NCBI GenBank assembly: GCA_963799845.1
Contig: CAWCYI010000004.1
Span: forward strand, 64,001 to 128,000
DNA from: an uncultured Nitrososphaerota archaeon
Lineage (GTDB): Archaea > Thermoproteota > Nitrososphaeria > Nitrososphaerales > CADDZS01
Direction of reading: 5' to 3'
Length of the DNA stretch: 64,000 bases
The notes below the pieces were generated by a model, which saw nothing but the letters and a program-made list of their open reading frames with translations, did no database searches and was not told the origin of the DNA. Shown here piece by piece: positions 10,781 through 19,539 of this stretch (position 1 is its first letter; every line of letters starts with the position of its first letter). Both the position numbers and the translations under genes were made by a program.

Positions 10781-11662
10781 TTACCCGTCAAACTCGTTTG
10801 TAGGCAACCCCCTAACATCAACTTTGGCAACGAACAGTCCTCCGCTTAGAGGCTTTGCAGCTAGCACTTTTGGATCCAGCCCATTTTTCGCAGAGGTAAT
10901 GTAAAGCTCATCAAGATTTCTTCCCCCGAAGCAACATGACGTAACCTGATCCGCAGGAATTTCGAAAGTGTCGAGAAGCTTTCCGGTTGAAGGATTCCAC
11001 CTCGTCAATCTCGCTCCTCCCCAGTGAGCGACCCATATCATTCCCTCTTCGTCGACTGCCATTCCATCCGGAGAACCCGGCTGGTTGTTTTGCACGAAAT
11101 CAACGGCCGTCCTTCTATTCTCGATCGCGCCAGTCGCCAATGAATAATCGAAAGCTGACACCTTCAGTGTTGGAGTGTCTATGTAGTACATTACTTTGTT
11201 ATCCGGGCTCCACCCCAGCCCGTTTGATATCGTGACGTTGGGTAGGACTTTATTCAGTTTTTTATTCTTCTCCAGAACGTAAAGTGAACCACTGGAGGAT
11301 CTCTCCTCTCCGTCCATCGTCCCAGCCCAGAACCTCCCTGCAGGATCGCACTTGCCATCATTGAACCTATTTCCGTCCCTTTCTGTTTCTACTTGTTCCG
11401 TCAAAGGAGTGAGCACTTTACTTTCAAGATCCAGTCCGTAATAGCCATGTTGAAGTGTTAGGGCAAGTCCTCCGGCTTTTCTTGGTAAGACGCAGCTGAC
11501 GTCATTAGCCCAAACAACCTCTTCATCGTCAGGATTGTTGGGAGTGTGAGCATAAATGACTCCTTTGTAAATGTCAACCCAGTAGAGAATCTCTTTTTCT
11601 GCGTCCCAGCTCGGGCCCTCGCCCAGCTCGGCTCTCAGGTTTGTGGCAATTTCAGGAATCAT
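10781..11662 (-). CDS. SMP-30/gluconolactonase family protein
   Basis: LGEGPSW, RFNDGKCDPAGRFWAGTM, SNGLGWSPD, PDGMAVD. Confidence 0.93.
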   Translation of the reverse strand: MIPEIATNLRAELGEGPSWDAEKEILYWVDIYKGVIYAHTPNNPDDEEVVWANDVSCVLPRKAGGLALTLQHGYYGLDLESKVLTPLTEQVETERDGNRFNDGKCDPAGRFWAGTMDGEERSSSGSLYVLEKNKKLNKVLPNVTISNGLGWSPDNKVMYYIDTPTLKVSAFDYSLATGAIENRRTAVDFVQNNQPGSPDGMAVDEEGMIWVAHWGGARLTRWNPSTGKLLDTFEIPADQVTSCCFGGRNLDELYITSAKNGLDPKVLAAKPLSGGLFVAKVDVRGLPTNEFDG

Positions 11663-11868
11663 GACTGACGCTTAGATTCAATCATCTCTATAACAATTAC
11701 AGCATCAATATTTTATGGAGTGAAAAATTATAGAGTTTGCAATTACTCTATTTCCCAAAGTTGATCTTTGAAATCAAATCTTCAGAGGGAATGCACTAGA
11801 AAAGAGTAAAGGACCTGAAATAGAAAATAGCCTTGATAATGAAACGGAGTTTGATTAATCGAAGTAAA

Positions 11869-11943
11869 TGGTAGGGAACGGCGGACTCGAACGCGCCACC
11901 TCCAGCGAGACCGGCTGGAATCCTGCCCTTGGACCAGCTCCCT
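11869..11943 (-). tRNA. Atypical tRNA / tRNA-like RNA, anticodon position GUC, A1-U72, A73, encoded CCA
   Basis: Minus strand folds as AGGGAGC-UG-GUCC-AAGGGCA-GGAU-U-CCAGC-CGGUCUC-GCUGG-AGGU-GGCG(C)G-UUCGAGU-CCGCC-GUUCCCU-A-CCA; U8, A14, GG in D loop, A15:U48, GUUCGA all present. Confidence 0.85.
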
Positions 11944-11974
11944 GACAAGTAACTTTCGAGACAGCCAATCAAGG

Positions 11975-11993
11975 TAATAAGCAATTTGCTCAT
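11975..11993 (-). promoter_or_regulatory. TATA-like box of the tRNA-like gene overlapped by an AT-centred palindrome (candidate Lrp box)
   Basis: TTATTA (minus strand, 11975-11980) lies 32 nt before nt 1; ATAAGCAATTTGCTCAT 8-1-8 inverted repeat with one mismatch. Confidence 0.45.
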
Positions 11994-12059
11994 AATCTTG
12001 ACAAAATGACGACTGAATGCCTTTATACTTCGGATAAATCCGTCGTATTACCAATAAAA

Positions 12060-12500
12060 ATGGAAGAAAAGGATGAGGCTATAATTCGCAAGTTGAGAAT
12101 TGATTCAAGCGAGTCGGTTTCTGAAATCGCTTCGGACCTTAATTTGCCCAGAACTACGGTTCAGGAGAGAATCAAGAAAATGGTCCAAAATGGTATAATC
12201 AAGAGGTTCACGCTGCAGCTAGATTATTCGAAAATCGGAAAATCAGTAACCGCGTTTATTTTAGTCTCATTCCTCGCAGGAACAGGAGTCTCTCAGAAGG
12301 AGGCTGCCCAGAAAATTGCCGAGATTGATGACGTGTATGAGGTTCATGTCATCTCGGGAGACTGGGACATTATCGCGAAGGCGAGGGGAGAGTCGATCCA
12401 ATCCATTGGCGAACTGGTTCTCGACAAGATCAGAAACGTGAAGGGCGTGGAGAGAACACTCACCTGCACATCTTTTGTCACGATCAAAGAGACTCTGTAA
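12060..12500 (+). CDS. Lrp/AsnC family transcriptional regulator
   Basis: HTH (EIASDLNLPRTTVQERIKKM), GIIKRFT, RAM domain (VHVISGDWD); ATG 12060 lies ~35 nt after a TTTATA box. Confidence 0.93.
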   Translation: MEEKDEAIIRKLRIDSSESVSEIASDLNLPRTTVQERIKKMVQNGIIKRFTLQLDYSKIGKSVTAFILVSFLAGTGVSQKEAAQKIAEIDDVYEVHVISGDWDIIAKARGESIQSIGELVLDKIRNVKGVERTLTCTSFVTIKETL

Positions 12501-12625
12501 TCTACCGCTCCATAGATCGCCTTCCTATTTTCCAATTTTTTCGCATAAATTATTCGGGCTATTGACCAAGTCTTTGAGTCATCTTAAATAGCGTCCAGAG
12601 AAATCGTGGGAAAGCCGAACGCACC

Positions 12626-13561
12626 GTGAATGCACAAGAAGTAATCGCAGACCTCAGAAAACAGGACATTGAAATCCTGACAGAAGAGAGGTTAACCAAG
12701 ATTATCAACGAAATCTCAAAGCCAGTCACGTACATCGGCCTTGAGCCGAGCAACGTCATTCACATCGGGAACCTAAGTGCTTCAATTCCTGTATTCAAGC
12801 TTGCAAAACACGGCTTCCGGGCGATAATACTCCTCGCCGATCTGCATGCCCTCGCGAATGACAAGGGCGAGATCGGGGAAATTCAGAAATTTGCTGAATC
12901 CGATAAAGAGATGTTTGAGAAAGTTGCCAGAAAGATGGGCATCAGTGGCAAGCTCGAATACAAGTTCGGTACCGAGTTTGAGGATCAGAAATACTTTATC
13001 CAGATGTTGAGGCTTTCAAGGGTGATCAACTTTACCGAAGCCGAGAAGAGCATGGACGAGATCAGCAAATCGTCGGTCAGCAGGATGACGTCCTCGTTGA
13101 TTTACCCTCTGATGCAGGTACTTGACATCGGAGAGTTAGGGGTAAATGTCGCGGTCGGTGCGATAGACCAGCGAAAGGTGCACGTTCTGGCGATTGAGAA
13201 TCTCAAGAAGCTCGGGTACCCGACGCCCGTCGCCATTCACTCCAAGGTCATCCTGCAGGGAGTCGATGGAAAGAGAAAGATGAGCAAATCCTTCGGGAAT
13301 ACGATCAATCTAGACGAGAGCCAAGACAGTCTGGAATCAAAGATAAGGAAAGCATACTGCGCTCCCGGCGATGTTGATGTCAATCCTATTCTGGGTTGGT
13401 ACAAAGCTCTGCTCTTTCCAGTCCTCGACCGACCTCTCACCTTCGGTGCCAAGGAAATTGAAAATTTCCCAGTTCTTGAAACGGTTTGGAAGAAAAACGA
13501 GATAACTCCTCAGGAACTAAAACGCTCCGCCGTAAGAGATCTCGCGGAATTGCTAATCTGA
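12626..13561 (+). CDS. tyrS: Archaeal-type tyrosyl-tRNA synthetase, divergent (probable paralogue)
   Basis: YIGLEPS, HIGN, IILLADLHA, YPLMQVLDI, DQRKVH, KMSKS; anticodon-domain motif altered (ITPQELK). Confidence 0.88.
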   Translation: MNAQEVIADLRKQDIEILTEERLTKIINEISKPVTYIGLEPSNVIHIGNLSASIPVFKLAKHGFRAIILLADLHALANDKGEIGEIQKFAESDKEMFEKVARKMGISGKLEYKFGTEFEDQKYFIQMLRLSRVINFTEAEKSMDEISKSSVSRMTSSLIYPLMQVLDIGELGVNVAVGAIDQRKVHVLAIENLKKLGYPTPVAIHSKVILQGVDGKRKMSKSFGNTINLDESQDSLESKIRKAYCAPGDVDVNPILGWYKALLFPVLDRPLTFGAKEIENFPVLETVWKKNEITPQELKRSAVRDLAELLI

Positions 13562-13641
13562 GCGCGCAAATAGTCGTCTTCATTTCTTGCGAATCGAAAA
13601 AGCTTTTCACCATCCGATTTTGAGCTGAGGTCCGGCCCTAA

Positions 13642-14055
13642 ATGTACTGGTTATTCAAAGAAGACCCTGTGAGCTACTCGTTTGCTCAACTGGAGAAAGA
13701 CCGGAAAACAGCTTGGGAGGGAGTACACAACAATCTTGCCCTAAAATACCTAAGGCAGGTGAAGAAGGGAGATCTGATTTTCTACTACGAGACGGGAGAC
13801 ACGAAAAGCGTGGTGGGTATGATGAAGGCCTCGGGAGACGCGTATTCAACGGAAAAGGGCGATCTTCTTTCCTCGAAAGAGGTAGCCGTCGACGTCGTTC
13901 CTCTAAGAAAACTGAAAAATCCGGTCTCGCTTCAGAAGATCAAATCTAGCTCGAAATTCAAAGACTTTTTGCTCGTGAGAATCTCCAGATTGTCGGTCAT
14001 GCCGGTGACAAATGATCAGTGGGAAGAGATTCTGAAGATTTCCGAAGGGGCCTAG
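13642..14055 (+). CDS. EVE domain protein (PUA-like, modified-nucleic-acid reader)
   Basis: YWLFKEDP, WEGVHNNLA, KKGDLIFYY, SRLSVMPV. Confidence 0.92.
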   Translation: MYWLFKEDPVSYSFAQLEKDRKTAWEGVHNNLALKYLRQVKKGDLIFYYETGDTKSVVGMMKASGDAYSTEKGDLLSSKEVAVDVVPLRKLKNPVSLQKIKSSSKFKDFLLVRISRLSVMPVTNDQWEEILKISEGA

Positions 14056-15026
14056 TATTCCATGATCTTGCCGATTGCCTTCAAGACCTTCTGCGCGTTG
14101 GGCAGGTAGTGCTCTTCAAGCGTGTAGGGGAACGGTGTATCATAGCCGGTAACTCTGATTATCGGTCCCTTGAGGTAGTCTATCGCCTTCTCCGCGATCA
14201 AGGCTGCAATCTCTGCGCCGTATCCGCCGGTTTTTGGAGCTTCATGCAAAATAATTACCCTGCCAGTCTTCTTTGCAGAGTCAAGTACTGCATCAATGTC
14301 GAGCGGAACGAGAGTCCTTAGATCAATGACTTCAGCCTGAACTCCGTTCTTGGCGGCTAACTCCGCCGCTTCCAGCGCGACGTGCAGCATCGCGCCGTAA
14401 GCAAAGATGGTCAGATCAGTTCCCTCCCTTGCGATTCTCGCCTTACCTATGGGCACCGTGTACTCACCGTCCGGGACTTCGCCCTTGACGGCCCTGTAGA
14501 TCCTCTTCGGTTCTAGGAAGATTATTGGATCCTCGTCCCGGAGCGACGCGAGTAGCAATCCCTTCGTGTCGTAAGGAGTTGCGGGGATCACGACCTTCAG
14601 CCCTGCGGTATGGCAGAAGTAAGCCTCGCTGCTCTGCGAATGATAGTGCCCCCCCTTTATGCCGCCGCCGTATGGAGCTCGAACGACGAGATGGCAGGAA
14701 TACTGTCCCCCTGAGCGATATCGAAGCTTGGCCAGATTCGTGACTATCTGATCAAAGGCTGGATAGATGAAATCGAGGAACTGGATTTCCGGTACTGGGT
14801 TGAGTCCGTAGATTGCCATGCCGATAGCCGTGCCGATGATGCCGGACTCTGCAAGTGGAGTATCGATCACCCGGTCCTGGCCGAATTCGTCGTACAATCC
14901 TTCTGTTGCCCTAAACACACCGCCGTCCTTCCCAACATCCTCGCCAAGAACGATGATGCGATCGTCTCTGCGCATCTCCTCCCTCAAGGCTTGATTGACC
15001 GCCTGAACTATGTTAATGACCGGCAA
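14052..15026 (-). CDS. pdhB: 2-oxoacid (pyruvate/branched-chain) dehydrogenase E1 beta
   Basis: GEDVGKDGGVFRAT, DTPLAES, EIQFLDF, HSQSSEA. Confidence 0.92.
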   Translation of the reverse strand: MPVINIVQAVNQALREEMRRDDRIIVLGEDVGKDGGVFRATEGLYDEFGQDRVIDTPLAESGIIGTAIGMAIYGLNPVPEIQFLDFIYPAFDQIVTNLAKLRYRSGGQYSCHLVVRAPYGGGIKGGHYHSQSSEAYFCHTAGLKVVIPATPYDTKGLLLASLRDEDPIIFLEPKRIYRAVKGEVPDGEYTVPIGKARIAREGTDLTIFAYGAMLHVALEAAELAAKNGVQAEVIDLRTLVPLDIDAVLDSAKKTGRVIILHEAPKTGGYGAEIAALIAEKAIDYLKGPIIRVTGYDTPFPYTLEEHYLPNAQKVLKAIGKIMEY

Positions 15027-15036
15027 ATGAAATAAT

Positions 15037-16119
15037 CTACTCCTCTTCCTCGAACTGCTCTTTCAAATTCCACGGCATAACCGCGTATACATCCTCAAAC
15101 ATTGTTTTCAACTCGGGCAACGGCACCTGCTCCTGCTCTTTTATCGCGTTATTTATTTCTGCTTCATTTTCTTTCCTGAGAGCATCTTCGTATTCCTTCG
15201 TCCAGATCCCTCTTCGATCCAGGTACGATCGAAATCGCTCGATCGGGTCTTTTCTCTTCCAGTCTTCGATCTCCTCTTTGGTTCGATAGCGGTTCGGGTC
15301 GTCGCTCGTGCTGTGCGGACCCATTCTATACGTCAGACACTCGATCATCGTTGGACCTTCTCCCCTCCTTGCCCTGTCTACCGCATCCTGCCCAGCTTTG
15401 TAAACAGCCAGAACGTCATTCCCGTCGACTCTCACACCGCTGAAACCGTATGCTTCTGCTTTTTCCGCGAAAGAGTGGGAAGCAGTCTGCCTCGACGAAG
15501 GCAGAGAGATTGCCCACCCGTTGTTTTCGCAAACGAATATAATCGGCGCCTTGAAAACTCCGGCAAAATTGTAAGCCGCGTGGAAATCGCCTTCAGAAGT
15601 AGCGCCGTCTCCGTGGAATGTCATCACCACCTTGTTCTCGTTTCTCAACTTCATGCCCATTGCCACGCCGGTAGCAACTGGAAGATGCGCGGCGATCGTC
15701 GCAGCCACGCTGACAAAATTGATCTCTTTGTAGCCCCAGTGATTAGGCATCTGCCTGCCCTTCATTTCGTCTTGACTATTGCCCATTAGGTGTGCAAACA
15801 GGAGCGACAGCGAAACACCCCTGAATATTGCGACGCCGGTGTCCCTGTAAGTTGGCAGAACCCAGTCGTCCCCTCGCAATGCATAAGAGCTTCCTATCTG
15901 GGCTGCTTCCTGACCCGCGCTTGGCACGTAGAAGCCGATTCTTCCCTGCCGCTGAAGGTTCAGAGACTTCGTATCAAATGCTCGTGTAAGGGTCATCGCG
16001 CGGTATATTCGCTTCAGCTCAGAATCCGGCAGCTTTGGCTCAAGAGATTCTTCGGTCTGCCCTTCGTTGGATATCACCTGAAGGATTTCTTGAGAATCGG
16101 GGTTCAAAACAATCATCAT
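15037..16119 (-). CDS. pdhA: 2-oxoacid dehydrogenase E1 alpha
   Basis: LQRQGRIGFY, GQEA, ThDP motif GDGATSEGDFH...NN, HSTSDDP. Confidence 0.92.
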   Translation of the reverse strand: MMIVLNPDSQEILQVISNEGQTEESLEPKLPDSELKRIYRAMTLTRAFDTKSLNLQRQGRIGFYVPSAGQEAAQIGSSYALRGDDWVLPTYRDTGVAIFRGVSLSLLFAHLMGNSQDEMKGRQMPNHWGYKEINFVSVAATIAAHLPVATGVAMGMKLRNENKVVMTFHGDGATSEGDFHAAYNFAGVFKAPIIFVCENNGWAISLPSSRQTASHSFAEKAEAYGFSGVRVDGNDVLAVYKAGQDAVDRARRGEGPTMIECLTYRMGPHSTSDDPNRYRTKEEIEDWKRKDPIERFRSYLDRRGIWTKEYEDALRKENEAEINNAIKEQEQVPLPELKTMFEDVYAVMPWNLKEQFEEEE

Positions 16120-16239
16120 TTTGCCAAAAAGTGATTTAACTCTTACGAATCAATCGACCATAATTAGAAACATTGGAACAATCACTTCGAAATTTAGTAA
16201 ATTTTTCAATTCGACTAATGGATTTAGAATACCACAGGA

Positions 16240-16824
16240 TCATAAGAATGAAGAGCGTAGAGATACCCGATCTACAAGGATATCGGGTTGTTCTTTCGAG
16301 GAATGGATCACTATCTCGGGCGAGTCACTTTCTTCAAAAGGTTCATCAACCCCGGGTACCTTTCCGAGTCCCTCGATCTTTTTTCCGCTCTTCAACCTCT
16401 CAAGTGCATCAAGGTAGAGTTTCTGTCTGACTCCATCTGAAGCAGCGGTACGGTTTGTTTCCCGCTGAATGCAGATTTCAATCGGACACTTTACATACAC
16501 TTCAACAAATTTAGGGCATTCCCGTCTTGCAAGCTCTCGCCAGATCTTCTTATGGCCCACTCCGTCGAGTAAGACCGAAACTCCCGAGGTTGACAGCAGG
16601 CTTCCCATCAGAACGAATGAGCGGTAAGCAGCGTCTCTTTCCTGATCAGAATAGGTCGGCTCCGGGAATATCTTTTTCCTGATTGAGTCCATGCTCAGGA
16701 GCTTTACGTTTGGAGCACTTTCTCCGCCCTTTGCGATTTTCTCAAGAACGCCTCGCGCTATTGTCGTCTTTCCCGAACCGGGAAGTCCGCAGAACCATAC
16801 GACTGTCGAAAATTGTTCTTTCAA
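16240..16824 (-). CDS. Adenylyl-sulfate-kinase-like P-loop kinase
   Basis: WFCGLPGSGKTT, FVEVYVKCPIEIC, VPGVDEPFEE; substrate uncertain. Confidence 0.75.
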   Translation of the reverse strand: MKEQFSTVVWFCGLPGSGKTTIARGVLEKIAKGGESAPNVKLLSMDSIRKKIFPEPTYSDQERDAAYRSFVLMGSLLSTSGVSVLLDGVGHKKIWRELARRECPKFVEVYVKCPIEICIQRETNRTAASDGVRQKLYLDALERLKSGKKIEGLGKVPGVDEPFEESDSPEIVIHSSKEQPDILVDRVSLRSSFL

Positions 16825-17693
16825 GGGAGACTGACCAGTCTTCTTTCCAACATGGACAGAATGGTCTGGTTTGCAGCACCGAGGACATTCAGTCTGGAAG
16901 AGAATCCGACTTCGACTTCTTCTACCGATTTTCCATGACCTTCAGTCAAATTGGAAAAGACGCAGCCGGCTTCTCGCGCTATCAAGTAACCAGCCGGCGA
17001 GTCTATGGTTCTAGCACCTCCGGGTTGTGCGAACACCAGCGCCTCTGCCGAGCGGTCAGCGAGCATGCAATAACTCAGGGCGGCACTTCCAAGAAGCCTC
17101 GTTTTGTAGATTTCCTTCTTGGAAAGTTTTGAAAGTATTTTTTCCCTGAGATAATCGACATCTCCAGTTTCGACAAGCAGAGTCTGTACTTTATTGGAAG
17201 ACTCTGCGTTCGATGGTTTGAGCTTTCTTCCGTTGTGAAAAGATCCTCGTCCCTTGATCGCGGCGTATTTATCTTCGGTCTTGATGCTCAGAATCAGCGC
17301 TCCGACAATATTATCGAATCCTCTGCTGTCAACTTTCGTGTCCGGGTAAATGACGGAGAGGGCGAGTGAGAAAAACGGTATTCCTACCTCGGCATTGTGC
17401 GAACCGTCGAGCGGATCGCATACTACAACCGGAAGCTTCTTTTCATTCTCCAGACCGGGCTTTTCCCCTAGCTCTTCAGAGAGGAAAACAAAGGAGCTTC
17501 CGAGATCTGCTTTGAGAGAATTGTAAATCGCTTTTTCAGAGACCTCGTCAATCCTCAGCGTCATGTCGCCGCCCACACCTCGCTTGATGATCTTGTGTCT
17601 ATTGGCCACAGAATAGTTGCGCAGAATTGCGTTCCGACCTGCGCGTCCGGCCTTCCCCAAAATCTTCATCCAGTCCAAATTTTTCATCGTCAA
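16821..17693 (-). CDS. Inositol monophosphatase/FBPase family phosphatase
   Basis: SEE, DPLDGSHN, RLLGSAAL, DSPAG. Confidence 0.88.
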   Translation of the reverse strand: MTMKNLDWMKILGKAGRAGRNAILRNYSVANRHKIIKRGVGGDMTLRIDEVSEKAIYNSLKADLGSSFVFLSEELGEKPGLENEKKLPVVVCDPLDGSHNAEVGIPFFSLALSVIYPDTKVDSRGFDNIVGALILSIKTEDKYAAIKGRGSFHNGRKLKPSNAESSNKVQTLLVETGDVDYLREKILSKLSKKEIYKTRLLGSAALSYCMLADRSAEALVFAQPGGARTIDSPAGYLIAREAGCVFSNLTEGHGKSVEEVEVGFSSRLNVLGAANQTILSMLERRLVSLP

Positions 17694-18841
17694 GAACTCC
17701 TGAAGTATTCTCCGACGCGCGAGTAGTCAAATCTTCCTTCGTCCAGCAGATTCTGCACAAAATCGAATATTTTCCTCCTTGTTTCATTCGAGAGATCAGG
17801 ATACCAGGGAGGAGAGGCAATTACAAGCGCCCTAAATACATAGAAGAGAGGCATGGTGACATCCAACTCTGCATCTTTCGCGCCTTCAACATAAGCCCCC
17901 ATGAACTCGTTGAAGAGATTGAGAAATTCTCCAGTTATCTCGCCGTATTTCCTCAGCGAGTAAAAGAGGTAGTTAATCGAGAGGGCGCACACGTCGTCTG
18001 CCGGTTCGCCCCAGTCCCCACGGCTCCGATCCAGCAATACAAATCTGCTCGGAAATTTCCGATTTTCATCGAAAAGTATGTTCCATGGATGGAAGTCGCC
18101 ATGGACTTGAGATAATCGGGAATCGTTTTCCTTCAGTTTCCACCTCTGCTCCACGCACTTTTTTTCAATCTCGCGAAGCTCGTCCTCGCGCAGATAGCCC
18201 CGAGTATCCCGAGGATAACTGTCGGACAACCCAAAGATGCACTCCCCGTGGCCCACAGTATCTCGGATTTTTCTCTCGTAGATTTCCCTCCTTCCAGCCC
18301 CGGAGTGTTTGACTCCATGAATTTTGACCAGATATTCAGCCAGCACGGTAGCCCTTTCCAAGTCATAGCTCTCGAGTTTTCCCGTTTCGAAAATCCTGTC
18401 AAGATCCCTGTAGTATTCCAACCCCTGAACCATCTGGCGGAGCAGGAAGAACTCGCCCGCATCGCCCAGGGAGATCATTGAAGAATTGTTCTTTCGAAAC
18501 GCCCCGAGATCTTTCACGTGTACATGCTTTGGAAGAGAATTCCAAGTATCGAAGGAGAGAACCAAGTTGTCAACCCTGTCAGCCCTGTAATCGTGCCCGA
18601 ATCCATTCCCGACCCTCATCGTCGAGAGAATTGCCTTTTTGTCTTTGCTCTTTTGTTTCCCCGAAATTTCTTGATACACGATTAGATACGGCGTGCCGTA
18701 ACCAAGCTTTTTGATTTCGATACCCCCGGATTCGCGTTTTCCATAACCACCAAGCGGTCCGAAGTAGCTTATGGCGATCTTTTTTTTGGAGGATATCGAT
18801 TGCAGGTAATTTTGGACCTGTTTCTTAGATGGTATTCCCAA
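17690..18841 (-). CDS. Aminoglycoside-phosphotransferase/choline-kinase-like protein
   Basis: HGDFHPWNIL, LLDRSRG, GEPADD. Confidence 0.82.
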   Translation of the reverse strand: MGIPSKKQVQNYLQSISSKKKIAISYFGPLGGYGKRESGGIEIKKLGYGTPYLIVYQEISGKQKSKDKKAILSTMRVGNGFGHDYRADRVDNLVLSFDTWNSLPKHVHVKDLGAFRKNNSSMISLGDAGEFFLLRQMVQGLEYYRDLDRIFETGKLESYDLERATVLAEYLVKIHGVKHSGAGRREIYERKIRDTVGHGECIFGLSDSYPRDTRGYLREDELREIEKKCVEQRWKLKENDSRLSQVHGDFHPWNILFDENRKFPSRFVLLDRSRGDWGEPADDVCALSINYLFYSLRKYGEITGEFLNLFNEFMGAYVEGAKDAELDVTMPLFYVFRALVIASPPWYPDLSNETRRKIFDFVQNLLDEGRFDYSRVGEYFRSS

Positions 18842-18911
18842 CGATCACGTTGCCTCCTGAAAAAGATCGGAACAAACGATCCGGAATAATCCGGGATTTT
18901 AAAGCGAGCTG

Positions 18912-19451
18912 TTAGATTGAAGTTAAAGCTGAGTTCTGATCTCTGATTCCGGAGTGAGAGATCCATTTTCTGTTGTCCCAGGATACGATGCTCGTAGGTT
19001 TGAACTCTACAACCACTCGATGCTCCTTCCCGTACGTTTCCTGCCAGGTCTTTGGAAATCGATCAGTGTTTCTCACAGGAGAGTATTTTTCTGCAAGAAG
19101 TTCAAAGACATGTTTTCGAAGCACTTTATCGGAATCGACAACCTTCGCAAGTCCTCTAATCATAACTCCTCGCAGTTCGGTATATTTTTCTCCGTCCTCA
19201 ACTACTCCGCAAACCTGGGGCCGGTTCATAATGTTCTTGATCTTCTTCTTGTAGGGCTGCGCTCTGAAGTAGATTCTATCGTTAATGACTACAAACCAGA
19301 TTGGAGCAGCGTGAGGAAAGCCATCCGAATCGAGAGAAGAGAGAACCATTTTGTAGTGATTCTTGATGAAGGCCCATGCTTCTGTCCGGGTCATCGGTAT
19401 GTATTGGGTGTGTCTACCCTTGTTTAGTCGAGATTGGACCTTCGAGTACAT
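18912..19451 (-). CDS. Pyridoxamine-phosphate-oxidase-like (PPOX) flavin-binding protein
   Basis: LSSLDSDGFPHAAPIWF, KIKNIMNRPQV, LRGVMIRG, SWD; start may be ~19394. Confidence 0.82.
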   Translation of the reverse strand: MYSKVQSRLNKGRHTQYIPMTRTEAWAFIKNHYKMVLSSLDSDGFPHAAPIWFVVINDRIYFRAQPYKKKIKNIMNRPQVCGVVEDGEKYTELRGVMIRGLAKVVDSDKVLRKHVFELLAEKYSPVRNTDRFPKTWQETYGKEHRVVVEFKPTSIVSWDNRKWISHSGIRDQNSALTSI

Positions 19452-19539
19452 TTTCGCATTCTACCTCAATTGAGATCGAAAAAGTGCGGTTGCAATAGTG
19501 CATTCGGCATAATAGGTTTATTGCCTCAGTGAAGAAACA

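Noticed and set aside
11782-12054. Minus-strand ORFs of 90 and 65 aa
   Set aside because: Shadow ORFs over the tRNA-like gene and the divergent promoter; no protein motifs
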